DNA of 64,000 nucleotides from Octopus sinensis. Lineage: Eukaryota. A program made the translations under genes and the position numbers. Positions 41,331 through 53,400 of the stretch are shown here, piece after piece. The notes beneath the pieces were generated by a model. That model ran no database searches. It saw only the letters and a program-made list of their open reading frames with translations, and was not told the DNA's origin. Location: assembly GCF_006345805.1 (NCBI RefSeq), contig NC_043011.1, forward strand, positions 39,692,464-39,756,463, written 5' to 3'. Each line of letters begins with the position of its first letter. Positions within the stretch are counted from its first letter, which is position 1.

Positions 41331-44300
41331 TGTGACTGTTATACCCTGATGTACTCCAACATCCTTGTTTATCACAATAAGATGCTGTGAAATTTAATTA
41401 ATGCTTCTAATATTTTTCTAATCAAAATTCTGAATCTTACTAGAGGGAAAAAGAACTTATCATTCTAATATATCTCAATTCAATCAATTAGAAAATAAAT
41501 GAATTGTTTAATAAAGAAATACAAATTGAAGGACACCTTGTTAAAAGCCAGAAAATCAGCAACATGTATATGTAGCAGACAGAGCCTTCTCTTCCTGGTT
41601 AAACCAAAGTAAAATATAGTAAGTGAAGAAATAAGAAGGTAAGTGCAATTGAATTGCTGTATAGGTGTAAGTCACATTACAAGAGAAGCAAATGAACGGT
41701 ATCCATTACTTGTTTGTGGACATGACAGTGGAGGTAAAAAAACCCTGCTAAAATACAGGTCTGGATTTTTACATTCAGAATTAAGGATAGGGTTAGCAGC
41801 CCTGCCATGTAAGAATATTTATTGCTATGAAAACATAGACAGAAAAAAACAAAACAAAACTAGCCTCTCTCAAGTAAAAAAGGTTTTCTATCTCAAAGAT
41901 TAATGACATGTTTAGATAAAATCAAATCATTTCACAATAGGTGCATCTCTGATCATGAGCAGAAGTAGTGGGGGAGCATCATAATCATGTGTTGAGAGGA
42001 ATTCTTTGGGGTTTGGATAATTTACCTCTGGAAACATGGGTGTTTCATTCAACATCCTTAAACAAACCTTATTCTGGGACCTTTTGAGCAGGATGGGATA
42101 CTCAGCCTGAAGAAAATTCTAAATGGGCCTCACCTGCAAGGTCATGTACTGTTTATCTTAATACGAGATCACCTTGTCACGCACATATTGTGATGCATGT
42201 GCCTGGTGTAGTCATGATGGGTATACTGGGCTTTGTATATTATACCCCAGTGTCACTTTGATGACATGCACTGCTCTCTTACTCAGTAACAACAACAACA
42301 ACGTGTGTGAGTAATATAGTATGAAAAGTATTTAATCTTAAGAATAGTTCCATATTCCCACTACAACATCATAGAACACTAGTATTTTTACATCTTATGA
42401 ACCAATGAGGATAAATCAAGTAGTTTTACTGAGGACTGTTTTAGTGTATATTTAAATCCTGTTGTTCCATCATCAACACAACTGCTTCTCAAACAAGGAG
42501 AGGCACCACTACCATAGTGCACATCACCACTGTTGCCATTCATTCTAATTTATTCTAAGAGGTACATGTTTAATTTTGATTCAACTTGCTTAGACCAAAG
42601 TTCCAATCCCATTCCTTGCAATACGAGTAATATTGTTTCCAGCTTGGAATTTATGATAAACTACAGTTTATTCCTTTCTTTCTTTTTTCTCTCTCCAAAT
42701 ATCATATCTGCTCATCTATGAAACAAGACACAGGCAAAGCTGTATAAATCTAAAGCATTATTATCAATGCAGAACTTTTGTGACCTTTTAGCATATAGGT
42801 AACCATGACAACAGAACAATAGCCATGGGAAAAAAAAACAAAACACAAAAGCAACTCAAAATTTTTCTACAAAGAGAATGCCTTTAAATTCATTTTAATT
42901 ATTTTAACCATTCTTCATGCAATTCTGTTACGTTGTTTCATTGTGGGAGATATTAGGGGATTTTGTAAAGGATTCAGCTAATTTTCTATAGCCAAGAATG
43001 GAGATTATCATGAATAAAATTTATAGGCATTGTCTAACAACAAAGCATAACCATTCCAAGAGAAAATTACACATAACAGCTCCAGGGTGGTTATCTTGAG
43101 ATAAAATTCTCAATGTAGACTGTTCACTAGAACTGGTTATCAGCAAGATGTCTTTGTGAGCATCAAATATACATGCAATAGAATTCTCATCAAAAGTACT
43201 TCTTAAACGAAAGAAAATCTTTTGCCAAGCATTTCTCCAAACCAAATCCAATATTTTTCCTGGCACAAATTCACAAATCCAATTCAACATCATCACTTAA
43301 AGCCCATTGTCTATGCTGGCATGGGTTGGACAGTTTGACCAGAGTTGATAAGCTGAGGGGCTGTACCAGATTCCATTCTGACTTGGCATGGTTTCTACAG
43401 CTGGATGCCCTTCCTAATGCCAAGTCACAATATTTTGGCTAATAGTGACTGTAAACATTTACCAGTTTTAAGAAAAGGACTCCAATTCTTTTTCATTAAA
43501 GGTTAAAGATACATCTAATATTTCCTGGACCAAATACTGACCAGGAAAAACCCTCCCATTTGAAGCGAGATGACACCAAAACTATTACTTGTTTCAAGTA
43601 AAGCTACATTTTCCTCAAATTATTAGACATGACTGAGTCTCTCTGTCAACCCAATATAATCTCTAACTTCTAGTTCAATTCCACTTTGGTAGTCACACCC
43701 AAAAGTATATCACCATCATAGATTATACAATTTTTTAATCTCATTCTCCAGGGTCTTTTCTATGACATTTTCCCAAAAAAGAAACGGCATCTGAGGTTTT
43801 TATACAATAATGTAAACATATCCATCTCAATAAACCAATAGTGGAGTATTAATTGTAGAGATGTCTTTTTTTTTTTCCAAGAATTAGCAGAATCATTGGA
43901 TCATAAGATAAAAGAGTTTTGAAGTGTTTCTTCTAGATCTGAACATCTTGAGTTCAAATCCTACTGAGATAAACTTTGCTTTCATCCTTCCACGGTTGAT
44001 AGAGTGTAAGTGCCAGTTAAGTGCTAGGGTCAATGTAATTGATTAACCCTTTTTCTTCAAAATTGCTGCCTTTGTGTCTTGATTAGAACAACCATTATTT
44101 ATTTGAATTTGGTGGTATGTACCTCTGAGATTAACTTTTGCAAAATATTGAACTAAAGTGCAGGAGTGGCTGTGTGGTAAGAAGCTTGCTTCCCAACCAC
44201 ATAGTTCCAGGTTCAGTCCCACTGCATGGCACCTTGGGCAAGTGTCTTCTACTATAGCCTCAGGCTGACCAATGCCTTGTGAGTGGATTTGGTAGTCTGA

Positions 44301-44588
44301 AATTTTATGTATGCATGTGTTTATCATTCTGAATATATGTGCCTGTGTATATAAGTCATCACCATCATTGAATGTCCATTTTCCATGCTGGCATGGGTTG
44401 GACAGTTTGACTGAAAACTGGTAAGCCAGGGAGCCCCACCAGGTTCCAATCTGATCTGGCATGGCTTCTACAGCAGAGTGGCCTTCCTAATGCCAACCAC
44501 TCCAAGAGTGTGTCTTTGTATGTATGCATGTATGTATGTATGTATATGTGTGTATGTATATATATATATATATATATATGTGTGTATG

Positions 44589-44634
<46 letters not shown>

Positions 44635-45554
44635 TGGACAATATATGGATTTAACTTATCTGGTGGTACTCACAAAAATGGTCCTTTAATAGATCAGGCT
44701 ACAAACCACATAGTAAATTAAAACAAAACAAAGGGATGTAATGTGTAGCCTGATGGTGCTGAAATCCAATAAATCCAATTGGTAATGATAATTACATTAG
44801 GAGTGTATAAAATATAAACAAAGAGAAGAGGAATATCATGAAAAAATATATTTCACCAATTGACACGTAAAATGATTTATTATTTATTTGTTATTACACA
44901 CAAAAATAAATTGTTTGTATATGATAATGGTTACGAAAAAAATTGTAGTTGTATGGATGTCAAATGGTGAAATAATTTTTTTCAACTTATACCTCTTCTC
45001 TATATATCATCATCATCATCATTTAACTTCTGTTTTCCATGCTGGCATGGGTTGGATAGTTTGACAGGGGATGACCAGATGAAGGGCTGTTCAGGTTCCC
45101 TGTCTGTTTTGGCATGGTTTCTATGGCTGGATGCTACATGTGTGTGTGTGTGTGTGGAACCTAACTGTGTTTATCTGCATTACCACATCCACATCAGCTC
45201 ATCTTTGATTTCTCATACAGCCTCTCTTGGCACCATGGACCTAGTCCTGGATGAAGAATTTAGAGTTCAAGTTCATTTGAGCACTACTACATGTTTTCTA
45301 AACTGAGCATATCTAGTTCTCATGGCACCTGTACTGGTGGCATGTATTAAAGGATTCGAGCGAGGTTGTTGCCAGTACCGCCTGACTGGACCCCGTGCCG
45401 GTGGCATTACACTCTCAGAGTGGTTGGCGTTAGGAAGGGCATCCAGCTGTAGAAACTCTGCCAAATCAAGATCGGAGCCTGGTGCAGCCATCTGGTTCGC
45501 CAGCCCTCAGTCAAAATCATCCAACCCATGGAAAGCGGACGTTAAACGATGATG

Positions 45555-45589
<35 letters not shown>

Positions 45590-46936
45590 ATATACACACA
45601 CACACATATAATGTAAGGTAATGAAAATGTACAGCTGTTTATCAATATAAAGTAACTCATGTGTGCACCATACATCCATAATAACTACTGGAAAGAAAAA
45701 TATCTAAGGTTATTTGATATAATAAAAAACCACAATCAACCACTATTGCACCTTAATTATCCTAATTATAGACTTAAATCCAGACAGACAGGTACAAGTA
45801 AATATTGAGAAACTGGAGCTGTCACAGAAAATTGATACCTGTTAAACAGAGCAGCTGGTACTTGTTCTTGAAGAATCAAAAATACCAATACTAATTCTAG
45901 CTTGTATGTTTATTGAGATGGTAGGAATTCTAGACAAGTAAGAAACTTCTACATGATTAAGTTGAGGGGTTAGACATCAGAGCCAAAATATCTTTCGAAA
46001 CAGAAAGGACACAGTATGTAGTATATATAATCTTAGATAAACAGAAAGACTGAATGGGCACGATGGGAACACTTTTGGTGAACCCAGGTCTGCTACTTCA
46101 GAGACAACTTTGGGCTAAAAAAAAAACAACAAAAAAACATGCAATATGTAAAATATCAAAATAAAAGGTCTGAAATTTGAATGAATTCTATTGTTTTCTG
46201 AACAACAAGAAAATATTGCTGTCTTTTAAGTAAAGATGAATATTTGATTTGTACACAGAACTAGGGTAATAAGCAAATAATACTCATAACAGATTTTTAT
46301 TCAACCTGCCAGCTAGTTGTGACATCAGGTTTACTATTTCATTAGCAACTGATTTAGTATTAGCATGTTGTTGCCAGGGGACACTTGCTACTGATGAAGC
46401 TCAAAGAGACGGAAGTGAGCATTTAGCAAAGCAACCACAATGCTAATGTATTTCTGCAATTTTTAACATCATACATCTGCAAGAGATGCTATCTCAGGAT
46501 GAATACCACAGTTTATAAGACTTTCAATGACATATCTACTTTAAGTTTGATACCAAGATTGCTAATTTGAACTAATACTACTTCTGTTGCTCATAACAGA
46601 CTTTTTCTTTTTTTTTTTTTTGTTAATGGAAACGAAGTAGAAGCATACATATACACTGCACAGTAAAAAGAAGCAGAAATCTTACAACAAAAACGCAAAA
46701 GAAACAAAAAATAATGGCCATACCAAAGAAAAGAACAAGATCAAAGCAAGCAAAATAAAAGAAAAAGCAGAACTGAGCTCAATATCAAATATATTAAATA
46801 ATAATATAGAAATGAAATCAAAAGGAATCAGTAAAATAACCAGTAAAAATTACAAACTGAAAAGTTTTATCGCAAAAAAATGACAACATAAGAGAAAGAG
46901 AAAACAATCAAATGTTCCCGTTAAAAAGCAACAAAC

Positions 46937-47062
46937 CGTGCTGGTCTGATTTGGGACTCCTGCTGCGGTAGAGTTTGATGGTGTGCCACCAGCTGCAGAA
47001 GATGAGGACTGTTCACTCGCCGGCCCATCCATCGTGCTATACTGTTTCTGGCGATTAATGGC
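46937..47062 (-). CDS. SLC9A6/7/9-like: NHE exon B (126 nt, phase 0-0, possibly a cassette): AINRQKQYSTMDGPASEQSSSSAAGGTPSNSTAAGVPNQTST
   Basis: cctacataacag|GCCATT...AGCACG|gtttgt. Open frame, GC-richer than its flanks, length divisible by 3, and phase-compatible with exons A and C. No recognisable family motif, so membership rests on position and phase. Confidence 0.7.
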
Positions 47063-47369
47063 CTGTTATGTAGGCAGGTGACAGTCAGTGAATTTAACAA
47101 GATAAGATGCTTCAAACTTAGGAGTCACAAACAAATGAAAACAAAACAAAAAAAAAAAAAATATTTGATCGGTATTGTAAATAGTTTAATGATTCCCTAG
47201 TTATATTTCCAATGAAATAAGACTGCTTACATTTCAATTAATATTTAAAATAATAATAAAAAAAAAAAGAAAATCGAAAGGATTTACTAAAAATAACTAA
47301 TTTCCTACTTATTAAGATTTTCCTTATTATTTTTGTTTGTTTCGGGTTTTTAAAATATCCTGCAATAAT

Positions 47370-47698
47370 AGGATTTATATTATTTACATTCGACGGATAT
47401 TTGTCCTCATCTTGTTCGTTGTTAACACAACATTTTGGCTGATATACCCTCCAGCCTTCATCAGGTATCTTGGGGAAATTTTGAACCTGGGTTCTCATTC
47501 CTAAGGTATTTTTCGATGTTATGATCTGAATAATAATAATAATAACATCGGAAAATACCTTAGGAATGAGAACCCACGTTCAAAATTTCCCCAAGACACT
47601 GGATGAAAGCTGGAGGGTATATCAGCTGAAAAGTTGTGTTAACAACAAAGATGATGAGGACAAATATCCGTTGAATGTAAATAATGTACATAATTCCT
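47370..47698. repeat. Long fold-back inverted repeat (~150-bp arms, ~19-nt loop), possibly Penelope-like termini
   Basis: atttacattcgacggatatttgtcctcatc...ttcgatgttat is mirrored by ataacatcggaaaatacc...gatgaggacaaatatccgttgaatgtaaat. The family assignment is a guess. Confidence 0.92.
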
Positions 47699-49180
47699 CA
47701 TCTCTTAAATATAGAACTGTATTAATAATACGATTTTTTTCTTAAAATTATTATGAGAAGTTTTAATTTAAATATGACCACTTTAAAAGGAGAGGCTGTG
47801 TGCTGTGGAACCAGAAGGAGTCTCAGGCAGGTTGATATGAAAAAGGAATAACAAAAATGATGCAACCAAACAGCATCAAGCAGCCAAGCTCTAAATACAC
47901 ACTTTATCTCTTAGCATTGTTGCCAGAGGCAAAATGTGACCTCATTTTTCAGGATTTATAAATACACCAAGCATTTATCCTAATTTACCAAAGACAATAC
48001 TGACTGAAACAGCACGTTACCTCAGTTCACCAACAGTGATGATGATGATGTTGATGATGATGATGACGATGATGATGACGATGATGATGATTGAAGCTTA
48101 TGTCGAGTTCAGTGTGTGAGGCTCTGAATCAGCTTGCCTATTGAATTAATGTACAAAGTCATTGAGTAACCTGGACACCTGTAGCCTTAATGCAATTTTC
48201 AGGTAGAATCAGCATGAGGTACGTGTGACATGCTTGAATTACAGGTACAGTTCAAGTGGTGGGCTTCTGTACAGTTTCTGCTTTCCTTCTACCCAAATCT
48301 ATTCACAAGGCTCAAGTCAACTGAAGGATGTGGTAAATGCTCCTACCCAAAATGCCACACAGCAGGAATGAAACCTGGCATCCCATGGTTGCAAAACAAA
48401 CGTCTTCTACCACCCAGCCATGCCCCCACCCCACCAACATTTGTTGTATTTCACTAGAAGTAAGATTGCCTAAGATCTCATAATCACATACGACTTGAAG
48501 TGACAGTTAATATTTAAGGGACAGACATGGTTGAATAATTAAAAGAGTGCAGGGCATAGGTAAATAGGCAAGAAGCTCACAGAAACAATGACGAGGTCCC
48601 TTTAGGAAAGGGTCTTCCTACTATAGCTGCCAGTGAACTCTAGCTTTGTGACAGAACCTGTGTGGAAGCCCTTCACTAGCACCACCAGCCCCTGGCCCAT
48701 GGGTTACCTTTAGCATACTCCACTCTATTGCAAGCAGACCAGGTGCCTGGCCAAAGATTAATGCAATATACCAATGGACTGCTTCCTACTGCAAAAACCT
48801 ATGAGATATAACTCCTTTGTCCTGCTCCACTTCCTAGTCTCAGAGACCTTACAAGGGGTCATGACTACTGCCTTTCCTCCTATCTCAAAGCTTAAAAAAA
48901 ATCCAAAATCTTAAAAAGAAAAAGAAAACTTTAAAAAACCCATGACATTTTATTAAGTGTTTCCTTCTTTCTAAATTATATAAGACCTTCTTCCTATATC
49001 AAATTATGATTTTTTCTCTTTTTCCAAAAATAAGTTGCAGTAACTGCTTGGTGTAGATTTGTGAGATGAATAAAGAATAAATCTAAGAGCCAGGCAATGA
49101 ACCTCAGGCAATCAGTGTGGCAAAAATTACTAGAGCAGACAAATGTAACCATATACATGTGCAAGTGTATACATGTAAAT

Positions 49181-49231
<51 letters not shown>

Positions 49232-49416
49232 TTCGCACACAGACATCTGTATTGTGCAATTAATGTCTCGCTAATCAGTTGCAGCCTAAGCGAAAGTAAA
49301 CATTATCTTAAAGAAAGGATGAAACAGTAGGAAACTTAATCCTAAAATATACGCTGTTTCACAGCTTTCAATAACAATAGTAATGTGAAAACAAGTGAAA
49401 GAACTATATATATATA

Positions 49417-49475
<59 letters not shown>

Positions 49476-50251
49476 TATATATAACTACTCTTTTACTTGT
49501 TTCAGTCATTGACTGCGCCATGCTGGAGCACCGCCTTAGTCGAGCAAATCAACCCCGGGACTTATTCTTTGTAAGCCAAGTACTTATTCTATCGGTCTTT
49601 TGCCGAACAGCTAAGTGACGGGGTTGTAAACACACCAGCATCGGTTGTAAAGCAATGCTAGGGGGACAAACAGAGGCACAAACACATACATATACATATA
49701 TATATATATATATACATATATATGACAGGCTTCTTTCAGTTTCCATCTACCAAATCCACTCACAAGGCATTGGTCGGCCCGGGGCTATAGCAGAAGACAC
49801 TTGCCCAAGATGCCACGCAGTGGGACTGAACCCGGAACCATGTGGTTGGTTAGCAAGTTACTTACCACACAGTATATACATATATACACAAACATAGGCA
49901 TATAAACACACACACACATATTTATATGTAAAGATATGCATATTTATATGTAAAGATATGCATATATATACAGATATAAATATCTATTACAAGCATATAC
50001 ATGCATATATATTTACATATCCATATCTATATGTATATAGACATACAAGCAGATAGATAGAGAGAGAGAGAGAGAGGGAGAGAGATTCGGCTGCCTGTGC
50101 CCAACAAGGTGGGCTCCTGGGACAAGCCTATGAAACTTGAAGTTGCATGGGGCCTAAATCAAATTGTTTTAAATAATGATATATATGTTCATATATATAG
50201 ATGTACATATATATACACACATATATGTGTGTATGTGCGCGTGTGTGTGTG

Positions 50252-50294
<43 letters not shown>

Positions 50295-50944
50295 TACAAA
50301 ATGGGACAAGAACGCAAAACATCCAGACAGTTAGGTGATACAAAAATGGGACAACAAAACATCCAGATAGACGATACAAAGAAAACAAGGACGGGTCATT
50401 CAAAGTTTTCTTCCTTCAGCCAGATCATCTTTGCAATTTTGGCTGATTTCATATACCATAGTGGTGTTCCAGCATGACGACAGCTGCATGGTTGAAATGA
50501 GTAAAAGAATAAAAGTATGTGTGTGTGTATATATATTTATATACACAGACATGTATACACTTGTATACACATACATATATTTAATTCTGTGGAGTATTTT
50601 TAGCTAACACTGAATGCTTGTTATTATTAAAAGTATATTTTGTGTCGAATAATAATAATAATAAGCACAGTGTATTCATTGTTTTCATATATGAGTACTA
50701 ACTATACTACCAGTAACATTTGACATATTCACCGGCAATTCTTTGGTGTACGAAGATGATTGATCATCAGATCCAACTTCTATGAACCAAAATGTGACTA
50801 AGTAACTCAATGTGGAACTCACAAGACCAGTTGCAGCTTGAGCGAGTATTTCAGTTATCTCATAAGAGGCAGTGTTGCAGAGATTGCTCCACACCAATTC
50901 ATTTTTTTTCTTTTTTTCCCCCATCCCATATTTATTATTTAGAT

Positions 50945-51689
50945 CAGTGGTTCTCATTTTTTGTGTATAAACTCTTTTGATTGCAAATTTATTCAGGAAT
51001 GAGGGACTCCCATAGCCATTCAATGTCCAAAAAAATCTTCTATTATATTTGTAAGATTGAAAATTATTAGGAACTGTATCTTTTGTCTTTTACTTGTTTC
51101 AGACATTAGACTGTGGCCATGCTGGGACACTGCCTTGAAGGGTTTCACTTGAACAAATTTACCCCAGGACTTCTTTTTTCTAAAGCCTAATATTCATTCT
51201 ACCAAACTCTTTTGCCAAACTGCTAAGTTATGGGGGATGTAAACACATCAACGCCTGTTGTCAAGTGGTGGAGGGGGACAAAGACACACACATACACGTG
51301 TATGTGTGTGTATGTATATATATATATATATATATACATATATACTTGGCATTAGGAAGACCATCCAACTTTAGAAACTCTGTCAGATCAAGATTGAAGC
51401 CTGGTGCAGCCATCTGGTTCGCCAGCCCTCAGTCAAATCGTCCAACCCATGCTAGCATGGAAAGCGGACATTAAACAATGATGATGATGACGTGTATATA
51501 TAAAGGGTAAAGACCCCCTTTGGTCATGAATGACCATGGGATTGCATTTAGAAAGTTACCCTCCAAGGCATACCAGGCTTCCCTGCCACACTTGCAGAAA
51601 AATTATTTTGTGTATCATACAAATATAAGTTTATTGCACATAAATTTTAGCAACAAAATCTTATATGCACTCTGGGTTGAGAACCACTA
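50945..51689. mobile_element. hAT-type MITE interrupted by a stack of three SINE fragments (~51083-51570)
   Basis: Termini cagtggttctca / tgagaaccacta; flanks atttagat / gtttcgat; internal similarity to 22924-23200. Confidence 0.7.
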
Positions 51690-51969
51690 GTTTCGATGTT
51701 TGGTCCATGAAAAATCAAAATGTTGGGTGACACCACAGATAAACCATTTCCATTTGCATTGGTAGTTTGGCAAAGACCCCTACTCATATCAATGGAGGTC
51801 GCACTTATTTACATATTTCTTTTAAGTGTATGTTTGAATGGCTCACTTTTGAATCCTTGAGTATCAATGATTTGTAGAGAAATGGTATTTCTTCATGAAA
51901 CCATAACATGCTATAAAGTATATTAAATGCTTTTCTAAGTCAATACCATGTTCTACTGTGTTAGCAGTG

Positions 51970-52365
51970 CACTTTAGATCACATGTTAAGGTCGCCTCTA
52001 CAGATTTTCCATAAAAATTATAGCCAGCACTGATTCTTGTTACGATATTTCATATCTGGTACATTAGATGTAAACAAACAATGAAATTGAAAATGAAAAA
52101 CAAAACATATTTTGGGAATTTTTGCTCCTTAACTGTATTTAGTTGTTATTTATATGTGTACCTGGATGATTAAGAGATTAGATGGGTGCTGACGAAGGAG
52201 CAAATACTCTTGAAATATGGATATATGCCCATTATCCTTTTTACATTTTTGATCACATCGTTTATATCTGATGACTCAGATACGGAACATCATAACAAAA
52301 GTCAGTGCTGGATGTAATTTCTATGGAATGTCTGTAGAGATAAATCTTAACAAGTAATTCTTGAG
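51970..52365. repeat. Old degenerate inverted-repeat element (~110-bp arms)
   Basis: The reverse complement of 51975-52085 aligns with 52255-52360 (cagtgctgg.t.taattt.tatggaa..tctgtagag). Confidence 0.75.
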
Positions 52366-52609
52366 TGTGCTTTCCATCAGCCTTCTACAATTTATAGGCG
52401 ACATCCTCATAAACTAGAAATATACCACTGGAGACGTCTGAGAGAAATCATGCATATTAAGTGGTAAAACAGATGGAAGAAGATCAGTGTGCTTGAGCAA
52501 AAGCCAATAGCTTCTGCATTGAAACCATAGTTTGTTGAGAAAACGGTAACTGGGTTAATAGGTTTTAACATTGCTGCTACATTTGTGTACATTGTTGAAA
52601 GGTAGAATG

Positions 52610-52674
52610 TATATATGCATATACATACACACACACACATATATATGCATATATACATACATGCATATATATGT

Positions 52675-52716
<42 letters not shown>

Positions 52717-53058
52717 TGCATATGTGGGTACAGGATGTCACAAAACGTAAACAATACAAAATGCGAAGACAAACTCGGGTATGCGAATATCGAGAGAAAC
52801 AAATGGAAGTACAGAAATATGTCGGCTGGAAAGTTACAAAAGTGCCTACACAAGATGGACAGTATCCATGCATGGCATTTACCAGATTTGATAAACACCA
52901 TGCACAAAACTCATAGCCCTTCATCAGTTACTTTTATAACTTCACAATTGGTTTATATATATATATATGTGTGTGTCTATATATATATATATACACACAC
53001 ACACATATATATTCATATATATAGACATACACATACATACATACAGATATATGTATGT

Positions 53059-53096
<38 letters not shown>

Positions 53097-53284
53097 TCAT
53101 ACATATACATATATACATTCATACATATACATATATACATACATATGTCCATATATACATAAATATACATATAAATGTATATATATATATATATACATAC
53201 GTATATACACACATACATATATACACACACAAACATATATATATATATATATATACATATAATTACACATATATATTCATTTAT

Positions 53285-53327
<43 letters not shown>

Positions 53328-53400
53328 TATACATACATGTGCACTGGGTTCTATTTCACCTGTTCATCTTACTAAGCCTATGCCTATATATATATATATA
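52610..53400. repeat. Mixed TA/CA microsatellite tract with a unique island (~52725-52950)
   Basis: Direct inspection. Confidence 0.9.

Noticed and set aside
43021-43296. 91-aa minus ORF with a pyrimidine-rich acceptor near 43203
   Set aside because: It is open only in phase 2 (phase 0 hits a stop after three codons), so it does not fit between exons B and C.
50685-51023. 112-aa minus ORF with a possible 69-nt exon (50779-50711, EVGSDDQSSSYTKELPVNMSNVT)
   Set aside because: Phase 1-1 is incompatible with the phase-0 junctions of the surrounding NHE exons, the donor is mediocre, and there is no family motif.
51931-52040. Exon-like open frame ISAGYNFYGKSVEATLTCDLK on the minus strand
   Set aside because: It is one arm of an old inverted repeat, and a stop follows the best acceptor.
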